Origin: Muribaculaceae bacterium
GTDB lineage: Bacteria > Bacteroidota > Bacteroidia > Bacteroidales > Muribaculaceae
Length of the DNA: 64,000 nt
Direction of reading: 5' to 3'
NCBI GenBank assembly: GCA_023663365.1
Contig: JAMPHP010000001.1
Location: forward strand, 1,038,308-1,102,307
The translations under genes were made by a program, and so were the position numbers. Numbering within the stretch: position 1 is the stretch's first letter; each line of letters opens with the position of its first letter. Below are positions 7,416 through 15,507 of this stretch, one piece after another. The notes beneath the pieces were generated by a model, which saw only the letters and a list, made by a program, of their open reading frames with translations, searched no databases and was not told the DNA's origin.

Positions 7416-8816
7416 TTACTCGGTTAATTCGAATGTGTCAGCCATATCGTCTTGCTTGATTTCTTCGAGCGTCTTATCGACATTGTCGGATTGTCCGTAG
7501 GCTTCGATGCTCTCTCGCTGCGACATGATGGGCTTGTTGCCGTTGGCTGTCATAAGCACCTCCACCTGTTCTTTGCGGTCTGTAATGCGGTACGGGGTTA
7601 TTACGTTTTCCACCGGGAGCGCGTCGATGTCTGCGTGGTAACTTGCGCCCATGATGAGTTTGGCGTAAGCCTTGACCACATTGACCTCTCGGTCGCAGAA
7701 TTCGATGAGCGCACCGCTCTCGTCTCCCACCTTGAGTTCTGCGTCGATGAACATCTGCTTTCTGCTTTCGCCGGAGAGTGCTTGTTGGCTCATCTTTTCG
7801 TAGCTCCAATCGGGGAGTTGCAGTTGCGTGAAGTAAAGGCTTCGCAGGGTCTCGATGTGGAACTTGAGGCTCTCGGTGGCTTGCGCCCATGTGACGTATT
7901 CCGCCTTTGCTCCTGTGGGGTACTGCATGACCGACTTGAATTCTTTGTTCGGGCTTTTCTCGTCGCCGTACTGAATGATTTCGTTGGCGCAGACCACGAA
8001 CTTTGGCTTGCTGTTCTCCCGAAGGTAGTTGCCGTTGCGCGAGAGCGACCATTCCATTTCGTACACGTTGTCGGAGGTGTCTTCCCATATCGGCTCAGTG
8101 CGCCATTGGTAAACTCCGGGAATTTTGAGCAGGGTTGTCGTCTCGTCTTCCACGACAGTCCATTCCCCGGATTCGTCGCTCCACTTGATGTGGCGGCTCT
8201 CGTCTCCGTCTGTGTAGGTGTCGAAGAACTGCACGGTCTTCCTGCCGACCTTGCGGCGGTACGCTATGCTCATTGCCACCATGTCTCCGTCCTCGTCGAA
8301 GAATGGGTACAACTCGTCTCCGAGCATGGGGCTGAATGTCCGGCAGCGGAGTTTGATGGGGCTGTTCACGCCATAGATGTTGTTCTTCTTCTCTACGGCA
8401 TACCAAAGTGTGAAAATCTCGCACCCTGCGTAGAGTTGCTTGAAGCGTTCCGTGTTCGCGCTGTTGATTCGGCAGCGATCAAAAATTTTTTCAATCACTG
8501 ACGCGACCTGCTTCTGCTTGTCGTTCTCCGGCTTGTAGATGCGCTTCACGGGAATACCGCAGACAAGTTCGCTCATGCGCTTGGCTGCGAGTTTTTGAAA
8601 GGCGAGGGCTATTCGGGTCATTCGCTCCACTCCGTCCTCACGCACTATGTCCGGGTAGTGCTGTCTGTCCATTACCGGGTGCTTGGTCGGGTCGTATTGC
8701 ATCTGCAATCCCTTTCTGCCGCCCCATGCCGGGACGTTCACTGTCTTTTGCTTGAGAGCGGCTATTCGCTCTCGCTCGGTCGTTGGTGCGCCGAGAATGT
8801 CGTTGATTTTGGGCAT
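7416..8816 (-). CDS. Phage portal protein (SPP1 gp6-like)
   Basis: 466 aa, positioned between large terminase and MuF. The C-terminus is acidic and the overall pattern is portal-like. Confidence 0.8.
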   Translation of the reverse strand: MPKINDILGAPTTERERIAALKQKTVNVPAWGGRKGLQMQYDPTKHPVMDRQHYPDIVREDGVERMTRIALAFQKLAAKRMSELVCGIPVKRIYKPENDKQKQVASVIEKIFDRCRINSANTERFKQLYAGCEIFTLWYAVEKKNNIYGVNSPIKLRCRTFSPMLGDELYPFFDEDGDMVAMSIAYRRKVGRKTVQFFDTYTDGDESRHIKWSDESGEWTVVEDETTTLLKIPGVYQWRTEPIWEDTSDNVYEMEWSLSRNGNYLRENSKPKFVVCANEIIQYGDEKSPNKEFKSVMQYPTGAKAEYVTWAQATESLKFHIETLRSLYFTQLQLPDWSYEKMSQQALSGESRKQMFIDAELKVGDESGALIEFCDREVNVVKAYAKLIMGASYHADIDALPVENVITPYRITDRKEQVEVLMTANGNKPIMSQRESIEAYGQSDNVDKTLEEIKQDDMADTFELTE

Positions 8817-8838
8817 TTGTCGTTTGGGCGTTATGCTG

Positions 8839-10407
8839 TTAAACTAATCTTTGCAGTCGACTTATGTCTATGGCTCTGCGCTTGTTGAGCGGATAGAACG
8901 TATTGGCGAGTGCGTCGAAGCGGTCGGTAGAGCGTCCGAGTCGCTTCTTGATGTCTTCCTTTGGTTCTATCTGTATCTTGCCGTCAGAGCGGAAGAACCA
9001 CCGTATCTCTGTGGCTTCCTCGATGAATGCTGCGTCGGGTGGCAGCATTGCTCCTGTGTTGTTCTTGGGGTTGAGCCAATCCCGGACGCACCAGAACAAG
9101 TATGCCCTCATGTTCACGAAGCGGTACTCTCCTGTAATGTCTCGCAGTCTGTCCGGGTCGTAGCCACCCCATTCGCTGTATTTGCAGCTTATGATGTTGT
9201 GGGTGCTGTCCACCTCTTGACAGCGCGAGTAAACCCCTGCGCCCTCTCCTATGGTGTCTATGCTGACGAAACCATAGGGGTATCTGCGTCTCCATGCGGC
9301 AATCTTTCCGGCTACCTCCATGTGGTCTGCTGTGCCGCCAGAGTTGTGGCAGTCGAAACCGGGACACCATGCGCCCACGCGTTCCGCATAGCACGTTGCA
9401 TCTCGTCCCATACCGGCAACGTCCACGCCAAGTACACGAGGTTCTCCGTCGCGCTCCATAGGCTCTCTGCCGTTGTTTCTTATCCACCGCTCCTGTGCTT
9501 CCTCTATCCACTGCTGCGGTATCAGCACATCGTCTCCGACCTTTGGAAACTTGCCGAGAACTTTCTTTCTGAACAAGTCCTCCGGGCGATACCATTGTCC
9601 CTCAAACTCGAAGTCGTCCATCTCCGCCTGTACCTCGTTTTCTCGTATTGGGGTACACCATTGGTCGAGTTTGTCCTTGACCCACTCGTAGTCCACTTGT
9701 CCCGGTATGATGATGCGCTTTTGGGTCACGTTGGGGGCTGTAAGCGAATTGAGCCGGAACTTTGCCCAGCGTTCTCCCTTTTGGCTTCGGGCGGCATATC
9801 CGATTGGAGTATTGGGGTTGAAGACGAGCAGTATTCGGGAGTCTCCTTGCAGGTTACCCTCGATAGCGTTGAAGATGTTGTCTGCGACGCCGGACGCTTC
9901 CGTGATGATGAACATCGTATGCACCGCGTGGAAACCCGACCACGCTTCGTGGTTGTTCTCGTCCGCTTTGAAGCCTGTTAAGAACCACTCCTCACTGTTG
10001 GTGCGTATGTCGTAGCGGTTGATGCTTCCGGGGAGGTCTATGCCGCGTTGCTTGGCTCTCTTGCAAAGTCGGGAGACCTCCGGCATCATGATGTTCTTCA
10101 CTTGTCGGTCGGTTGGGGCTGTAAGCGCGACTTTCGTGTTCTCGATCAGTTCGCGCTTGCTGTTCCATCGCGGAGTCAGGTAAAGGAAGCAGACCGCACA
10201 ACAAGCCGCCACAAAGTCCTTTCCTCGTGCTGTGCCGGACGCTACCGATGTTCGAGGATTGTGCTGCACGGAGGTCACGATTGCCTGTTGTTCTTTGTCG
10301 AGGTTCGCGCCCAATGCTTCTCTGATGAATTTGTTCCAATCCTGCCGCCATGAATTGAGCAAGTCTATGCCCCTTTGCCGGAGGATTAAGTCTTGTTGTG
10401 TTGCCAT
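8839..10407 (-). CDS. terL: Terminase large subunit
   Basis: 522 aa. N-terminal ATPase-like motifs (…SVASGTARGKDF…, …MFIITEASG…). C-terminal nuclease-domain motif LGVDVAGMGRDATCYAERVG. Sits upstream of the portal gene. Confidence 0.82.
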   Translation of the reverse strand: MATQQDLILRQRGIDLLNSWRQDWNKFIREALGANLDKEQQAIVTSVQHNPRTSVASGTARGKDFVAACCAVCFLYLTPRWNSKRELIENTKVALTAPTDRQVKNIMMPEVSRLCKRAKQRGIDLPGSINRYDIRTNSEEWFLTGFKADENNHEAWSGFHAVHTMFIITEASGVADNIFNAIEGNLQGDSRILLVFNPNTPIGYAARSQKGERWAKFRLNSLTAPNVTQKRIIIPGQVDYEWVKDKLDQWCTPIRENEVQAEMDDFEFEGQWYRPEDLFRKKVLGKFPKVGDDVLIPQQWIEEAQERWIRNNGREPMERDGEPRVLGVDVAGMGRDATCYAERVGAWCPGFDCHNSGGTADHMEVAGKIAAWRRRYPYGFVSIDTIGEGAGVYSRCQEVDSTHNIISCKYSEWGGYDPDRLRDITGEYRFVNMRAYLFWCVRDWLNPKNNTGAMLPPDAAFIEEATEIRWFFRSDGKIQIEPKEDIKKRLGRSTDRFDALANTFYPLNKRRAIDISRLQRLV

Positions 10408-10440
10408 TGCTGAAATGTGGAGTTATTTTCTTCAAATTTT

Positions 10441-10505
10441 GCGTCTGTGGGCTTCCGTGCCTTGTTGTGGGCGGTTGTGCCACCCGAAGCGACAAAAGCC
10501 GACAG
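10441..10505. repeat. Copy A of a ~60-bp imperfect-palindrome element (GCGTCTGTGGGCTTCCGTG…TTGTGCCACCCGAAGC)
   Basis: Shares a 16/16 core (TTGTGCCACCCGAAGC, 10475-10490) and a 17/19 left arm with 26597-26636. Lies in the gap between terS and terL. Confidence 0.7.
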
Positions 10506-10511
10506 CGTGGC

Positions 10512-11090
10512 TCATTTGGGGAATTCCACGCTGTTGGCTTCGGCTTCGTCGAGCATACCGCTCTCCATGAGCAGATTTGCAAAGGAAATCTCCCCGGCGA
10601 CCTCTTTCTTCTCCGGGGCATAGAGTCCGAGCAGCTTGCGTCGCTCTTGGAGTTGCTGACGTATCTCAGAAATGTAGGCGACGTTGCCAAGACGGACCAC
10701 GTTCTGTTCTTTGGTCTCGATACTCGATGTCTTCATTTTGCCACCCTCGTCTCCGAAGGTGGGGACTCCCTTGCGCTTCTTCGCGGTTCGGACGTAGTCC
10801 TCTTTGGATTTCTCCCATTGCGCCCATAGTTCGCGGCAGGTCTCGTCGATGCGTTCAAGTTCGAGCTGCAATGCGTATTCGGCATGGTCGAGCCGCTGCT
10901 GTTGCAGTTCTTCGAGTATGGTCTTGATGTCGTTCTGAACCGTTGCCACGGAGTAGGTCTCAAGATTGAGCCGCTTCATTACCTCGGCTCGGATTTGGCG
11001 CACGGAATACTGCCGCAGGAATAACTGCGAGACAATCTCAAGCCGTGCGAGTTTGGCTTGGTTGCGACGTTGTGTCTGCATTTTGCTCAT
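10512..11090 (-). CDS. Terminase small subunit candidate (HTH-containing)
   Basis: 192 aa immediately upstream of terL. The N-terminal region is HTH-like (…LFLRQYSVRQIRAEVMKRLNLETYSVATVQNDI…). Confidence 0.55.
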   Translation of the reverse strand: MSKMQTQRRNQAKLARLEIVSQLFLRQYSVRQIRAEVMKRLNLETYSVATVQNDIKTILEELQQQRLDHAEYALQLELERIDETCRELWAQWEKSKEDYVRTAKKRKGVPTFGDEGGKMKTSSIETKEQNVVRLGNVAYISEIRQQLQERRKLLGLYAPEKKEVAGEISFANLLMESGMLDEAEANSVEFPK

Positions 11091-11102
11091 TGTCGGTAGT
11101 TG

Positions 11103-12479
11103 TTAAGGGGTTATTCGCTCTGCTTCCTCTCCTGTGAGTTTCTCCCATCGGGCGAGGATAGCGTCGCAGTATTTGGGGGCAAATTCCATTGTGCAGCAGG
11201 AACGGTTTATCTGCTCACAAGCGATAAGGGTCGAGCCGCTTCCTCCGAAAAGGTCGAGGACGAGTTCTCCCTGCCGGGTGCTGTTCTTGATTAGTCGTGC
11301 CATCAACTTGACGGGCTTCATCGTGGGGTGCAGGTCGTTCTTGGTCGGCTTGTCTTCGTAGATTACCGTGTTCGGGGTGGACACGTCCGTGAGCTGAAGC
11401 ACGAGCTTCAGCAGTTCGTCTTTCTTCATCTTTCGGTAGTCCACTCCTGCGTCCTCTATCACGGTGCTTTGGCTTCGATCGTCGATGAAGTAGTGCGCCG
11501 CTCCGTCTTTCCACCCATACAGGCACGGCTCGTGTCTCCACTGATAGTCCTGTCTTCCGAGGACGAGCGCGTTCTTTACCCATATCAGCGTCTCTCGGAG
11601 GGTCAGTCCGGCTTCCTTGAGTGCAGAGCGGAATTCCCAGCCTTTGCTGTCGGCGTGCCAAATGTAGAAAGCCGCACCGGGGCGCATGGCTTGGACGGCG
11701 CAGTTGAAAGCGGCGAGCAGGAACTGTACAAACGCCACATCGTCCATGTTGTCGTTGGCTATCTTCATTTTGTCCTTTGTTCCGCCTTGATAGTCCACGT
11801 TGTAGGGAGGGTCGGTCAGCAGGAGGTGTGCTTGCTCTCCGCTCATCAGTTTGGCTACGTCGTCTTCTTTGGTGCTATCTCCGCACATGAGTCTATGTCG
11901 TCCGAGAAGCCACACATCGCCCGGCTGACATCGTGTCGGGGCATTGGCTGCGTCTTCCTCTGTAAAATCGTCCTCATCTGCGTCTTCTTCGGCTTGGTCT
12001 TCGTCGAGGTCTCCGAGACCCCAATCTATCAACTCTCCGGGGTCGAAGTCTTCAGTCAGAATGTCATTGTCCCAATCCCCAAAGCCGACGTTATCCTTGA
12101 TGATGAATTCGCGCTTCTGCGCTTCCGTCAGTTCGTTGGCTCTGACAATGATTGCCGTTGGGTCTTCAAGCCAATCCGCCCAGTGCTGAATGATGCGCTC
12201 CTGCTCCATAGCGGTCTTCTTTCCGAAGCCTTTGCTGTCGGTCTGCAAGATGTCCGATATTTCCTCTATGGTCTTCTGCGAGATTGCAGTCAGTGCGCGG
12301 TATCGCATATTGCCACCGAGCGCGGTGTACGTCTCGTCTATCACAATCGGGCGCAGGTCCTGCATCTCTGGGAACACAAGGAGGCTCTTTACCAATCGGG
12401 CGAGTTGCGAGTCCGTTATGGAGCGTGGATTCCGGGCGTTTACGTTGATTTGCGAGAGTTTGATTGTTTCGGTTTTCAT
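11103..12479 (-). CDS. ParB-like nuclease domain fused to a beta-class N6A/N4C DNA methyltransferase
   Basis: N-terminal IKLSQINVNARNPRS (ParB/Srx-like). Motif IV LLLTDPPYNV precedes motif I LDLFGGSGSTLIA. The start is trimmed to MKTETIKL at 12479. Confidence 0.85.
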   Translation of the reverse strand: MKTETIKLSQINVNARNPRSITDSQLARLVKSLLVFPEMQDLRPIVIDETYTALGGNMRYRALTAISQKTIEEISDILQTDSKGFGKKTAMEQERIIQHWADWLEDPTAIIVRANELTEAQKREFIIKDNVGFGDWDNDILTEDFDPGELIDWGLGDLDEDQAEEDADEDDFTEEDAANAPTRCQPGDVWLLGRHRLMCGDSTKEDDVAKLMSGEQAHLLLTDPPYNVDYQGGTKDKMKIANDNMDDVAFVQFLLAAFNCAVQAMRPGAAFYIWHADSKGWEFRSALKEAGLTLRETLIWVKNALVLGRQDYQWRHEPCLYGWKDGAAHYFIDDRSQSTVIEDAGVDYRKMKKDELLKLVLQLTDVSTPNTVIYEDKPTKNDLHPTMKPVKLMARLIKNSTRQGELVLDLFGGSGSTLIACEQINRSCCTMEFAPKYCDAILARWEKLTGEEAERITP

Positions 12480-12525
12480 AATCCTTTCTTTTCTGCAAAG
12501 TTGCTTAACAATGATTTCCTTATAA

Positions 12526-12930
12526 TCACTTTGTGGGCGCAATCAATCCATTAGGGGTGGCTGCGCTCGTTTCCATTGCCGTGCGGAGCATTTGCAGGGT
12601 CGTGTTGGTGTGCAGTTCGTCGGGAATGGTGCGGAACACGCGCCAGCCCATTAGCGTGGCTGTGTTGTATTTCTCCATGTCGTTGAGAAAGCCTTTCGGG
12701 GAGGTGTGTCGTCCGCCTGTCCACACTCCGCCCTCGACTTCGAGTGCTATCTTGTGTTCCGGGATTGCATAGTCGAACCTCCACCTGCGTGTGGGGTGGA
12801 ACTTGTACTCTTTGACGCACTCTGCTTTCAAGTCGGAGCGGCACAAGGTCGTAAAAAAGTCTGTCTTTGGGGGCTGCGGCTTCGTCTGCCGCGTTTTCTT
12901 GGCTTTCGTGGGTGTTTGCTTGGTTTCCAT
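12526..12930 (-). CDS. Vsr/DUF559-like PD-(D/E)xK endonuclease
   Basis: …RWRFDYAIPEHKIALEVEGGVWTGGRHTSP…GWRVFR… matches the D…E-x-(D/E)-G…H pattern of very-short-patch-repair-type nucleases. Confidence 0.55.
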   Translation of the reverse strand: METKQTPTKAKKTRQTKPQPPKTDFFTTLCRSDLKAECVKEYKFHPTRRWRFDYAIPEHKIALEVEGGVWTGGRHTSPKGFLNDMEKYNTATLMGWRVFRTIPDELHTNTTLQMLRTAMETSAATPNGLIAPTK

Positions 12931-12984
12931 TGTTTCGTTGAAATTTGGGGCATTTCTGCGCCTTTCCGTCTATACACGACAAAC

Positions 12985-13000
12985 GGGGGATTGCTCCCCC
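12985..13000 (-). terminator. Hairpin GGGGGA-GCAA-TCCCCC downstream of the SSB-like gene
   Basis: On the minus strand a 6-bp G/C stem with a 4-nt loop is followed by GTTTGT. The T-tract is weak. Confidence 0.35.
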
Positions 13001-13037
13001 TGTCTGCCCTGTTCTCCGGCTTGGTTGTTTGGCGATG

Positions 13038-13406
13038 TCAGAACGGCAGGTCTTCCTCGGTCTGCGCGTACATCGGATTGCTCTGCGACAAGTCCACTGC
13101 CGCCTGTGGCTTCTTGGTGAGAACGTGGAGTCCGCCGATGATTGGCTGTGCTGCGCGTTCCTCGTCGGTCATACGCTCGTACACCTCCCGGTCGTGGGAG
13201 ACCTTGATGCAGTGGGTGTCGGAGTATTGGGGGTTCTGCATCTCGATTGCGGTCATGTTCAGGTAGCAGCCTTTTTCGCCGAGGAATAGTCCGCTCTCGT
13301 CGATCGGAATGCAAAGGCATTTCTTGGTCGCGGTCTTGCCTTTGATGTTTGTCACGAATGCTCCCTGCAATTTGAGCAGGTCGGTCTTGATGCTGTAATT
13401 TGCCAT
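13038..13406 (-). CDS. Single-stranded DNA-binding protein candidate
   Basis: 122 aa ending in the acidic tip …QTEEDLPF, comparable to the bacterial SSB C-terminal D-D-D-I-P-F tip. Located in the replication module. Confidence 0.5.
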   Translation of the reverse strand: MANYSIKTDLLKLQGAFVTNIKGKTATKKCLCIPIDESGLFLGEKGCYLNMTAIEMQNPQYSDTHCIKVSHDREVYERMTDEERAAQPIIGGLHVLTKKPQAAVDLSQSNPMYAQTEEDLPF

Positions 13407-13439
13407 TTTCGTTCTTGGGGTCTTTGGTTTATGTTCATT

Positions 13440-13634
13440 TTATTTTTGTTCGGGGTGTCCGGGGGTGGGGATTCGCTCTATCCACTCCCTCTTTGCTGGG
13501 AACTTGATGAGTTGTCCTGTGTCGATGAAATAGCAGACGTGCGTTCCGTAGTCCTTTATGCCGGACACGTATCCGCGCACCTTTCCATCTGTTGTTTGTA
13601 CGAGGTCTCCGATGTTGATTTCTTCCATGTTCAA
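13440..13634 (-). CDS. Small hypothetical protein (the start at 13634 is TTG; an ATG follows at 13628)
   Basis: 62-64 aa ORF in the co-directional operon. Confidence 0.35.
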   Translation of the reverse strand: MNMEEINIGDLVQTTDGKVRGYVSGIKDYGTHVCYFIDTGQLIKFPAKREWIERIPTPGHPEQK

Positions 13635-13835
13635 TCTATTTTTGTTGTTGATATTTAGGCTTCCCGATGTGCCGCTGATTCGCTTTCCCTCGCCGTTTAT
13701 GCCCCTTGTGCATCTCGTGCTGAACTGCCGGGCTTTGGTGCTTACAGGGTAGGCTCTGTTTCCCGTCTATGCGATGTGGCAGTGTCTCCGGGTCAAGTGC
13801 GGTCATACCTTTTGCTGCGGCTGTGTCGGGTTGCC

Positions 13836-14177
13836 TTATATCTCGTTCTCTTTTGGGTATCTCTTTCCGAACCGTACCCGAAGTTCAAAATTGCTCATTA
13901 TGGCTTTCCTAATGTCATTTGAGCTTGTGGCAAATTCGACAAAGATTGCTGAAATGCAACCGGGTCGCCTATCATCCATGCTGTAGGGTATTGCATAGAA
14001 CATGAATGTGTCGAGTGTCCCATAGATAAAGCCATCATTCGCCATTGCATCATGATACACTGGGTTGTCTATTTTGCTTATGTTTTCGATTTCCTTTGCC
14101 GCGAAATTTCCTGCAATTGGATATGCAAAGTGACCGGGCTTTCCTCTTGTTCCGAAGTAACATATTCTGTTGGTCAT
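13836..14177 (-). CDS. Hypothetical protein (113 aa)
   Basis: ORF with a 4-nt ATGA overlap to the upstream gene. No family recognised. Confidence 0.45.
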   Translation of the reverse strand: MTNRICYFGTRGKPGHFAYPIAGNFAAKEIENISKIDNPVYHDAMANDGFIYGTLDTFMFYAIPYSMDDRRPGCISAIFVEFATSSNDIRKAIMSNFELRVRFGKRYPKENEI

Positions 14178-14740
14178 TTCTCTATCATCTTGTGGAAGGT
14201 GTTGTCATTGAGGGTGTCCATCATTGCCACGATTGCCTGAAGACGTGCGAGGTCTATTGGCTTGCTCTCCTGTTCTTCATCCTCTTGGTCTTCCGGGTCG
14301 TTGCTGCGGTCTCTGAAGATGCGGTGCTTCTGAACGTAGGCTTCGAATACAAGCCGCTGTGCGTTCTCTATGTCTTTCTTGAGGTTTTCCTTGTGCCAAA
14401 AGAAAAGGTTAGCGATTTCCGCGTAGTGGTAGGCTGTTAGCTCCACCGAGATTTCGCTGTTTGACCTCTTGATGTACCTCAGTTCCTTTTCCCCGGTCAC
14501 GTTTGCATAGCACTGCATGAAAAGGTTGAGGTAAATCTTTGCGCGTCCAACATTGAAGCGGTATCGGCTCTTTTTCTCTCGATCGAGAACCTCGTCGAGG
14601 CTCACTCCGTACTGTTTGCAGAGTTTGTCGAGCATTCTCTTTGCTGCTTCCGCTTCGCCTTTGTAGCCCCTCTCTGCGAGGGCTTGCAACTTGCGGAGTT
14701 TGCTCTTGATTGTCTCAAATGATGGTTGCTCGTTGCTCAT
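14174..14740 (-). CDS. Hypothetical protein, DUF2786-like N-terminus
   Basis: Trimmed to MSNEQPSFETIKSKLRKLQALAERGYKGEAEAAKRML…. The longer ORF N-terminus (to 14884) is basic, low in complexity and overlaps the neighbouring gene. Confidence 0.45.
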   Translation of the reverse strand: MSNEQPSFETIKSKLRKLQALAERGYKGEAEAAKRMLDKLCKQYGVSLDEVLDREKKSRYRFNVGRAKIYLNLFMQCYANVTGEKELRYIKRSNSEISVELTAYHYAEIANLFFWHKENLKKDIENAQRLVFEAYVQKHRIFRDRSNDPEDQEDEEQESKPIDLARLQAIVAMMDTLNDNTFHKMIEK

Positions 14741-15027
14741 TTTGTCTTGTTGTTTATTTTGTTGGCAGTGTCTTTGATTATCTCTTGGAGGGTGGCTGTC
14801 TCTCCGTATCCGAGCCTGTCGCTCATGATGATGGCTGCGTATTGCACCATTCGGTGGTTGTCTGTGCGTATGACCTTTTTCCAATGCCTACGCTCCCTTA
14901 TGAACCTCGTAGAGAGGTGGTAACCGAGGAAAGTCGCGCCCCAAATACAAGCGGCTGCAAACGCTAAAATTGCGAGGGCTATCGTTCCGAAAAGAACCCA
15001 GCCGCAGGTGCTGATGATTGTTTCCAT
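14737..15027 (-). CDS. Small membrane protein
   Basis: Trimmed to METIISTCGWVLFGTIALAILAFAAACIWGATFLGY…, which gives two hydrophobic helices. Confidence 0.4.
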   Translation of the reverse strand: METIISTCGWVLFGTIALAILAFAAACIWGATFLGYHLSTRFIRERRHWKKVIRTDNHRMVQYAAIIMSDRLGYGETATLQEIIKDTANKINNKTK

Positions 15028-15037
15028 GCTGATGTCT

Positions 15038-15304
15038 TTAATCAAAATTGAGGGTATATTGTATTGCTCTCTTTGGGTCGTTGAGTGCGCGGTCAACGCT
15101 CCGAGCGTGGATTGGGCATTGCGCTGTGTAGGGACATTGTCCGGCGGCGGCTTGGAGGTGCGCTCCGTTCCATTGCTCCCATTCGGTCACTCCGTCTGCT
15201 GTGAGGAATTCTATCAGCTTCATGCAGCCGAAGCCGCGCTCTTTCTGTTTGCTGTCGTGGAGTTCCACGAGTCCTGTGCTTTGCGGTCTCATAATATTTT
15301 GCAT
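15038..15304 (-). CDS. Hypothetical protein (start uncertain; alternative Met at 15223)
   Basis: ORF in the operon with no recognisable family. Confidence 0.35.
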   Translation of the reverse strand: MQNIMRPQSTGLVELHDSKQKERGFGCMKLIEFLTADGVTEWEQWNGAHLQAAAGQCPYTAQCPIHARSVDRALNDPKRAIQYTLNFD

Positions 15305-15495
15305 TGGGGGACATCACGAAGTAATTGCGCGAAGACTATTCTGTTGTGTGGAGATACGGCACGGATTCCTGCGGCATCTATGACCTTTGCCACTCTCTTG
15401 AGGGCTTCGTAGCTGTTTACGGAATGTTGCGCCATGTATCGGATTGTCTTCTCTCGCTGTTCCGGCTTCAGTGTGTAGTATTCTGATATTTCCAT
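15289..15495 (-). CDS. Hypothetical protein (68 aa)
   Basis: ORF directly downstream of the primase-helicase gene. Confidence 0.4.
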   Translation of the reverse strand: MEISEYYTLKPEQREKTIRYMAQHSVNSYEALKRVAKVIDAAGIRAVSPHNRIVFAQLLRDVPQCKIL

Positions 15496-15507
15496 ACGCT
15501 CTTGGTG

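Noticed and set aside
13640-13808. Unlisted 56-aa basic minus-strand ORF (MTALDPETLPHRIDGKQS…KPKYQQQK) filling the 13635-13835 gap
   Set aside because: It is below the ORF-track threshold, highly basic and low in complexity, and has no recognisable motif. The gap may instead be regulatory.
14174-14884. Extended N-termini in the ORF track (14174..14884, 22984..23553, 24236..24679, 24481..24858, 11103..12542, 26592..27137, 14737..15096)
   Set aside because: The extensions are Arg/His/Pro-rich, overlap the upstream gene or the tRNA-like gene, and an internal Met gives a tight or ATGA-coupled junction. The starts were trimmed accordingly.
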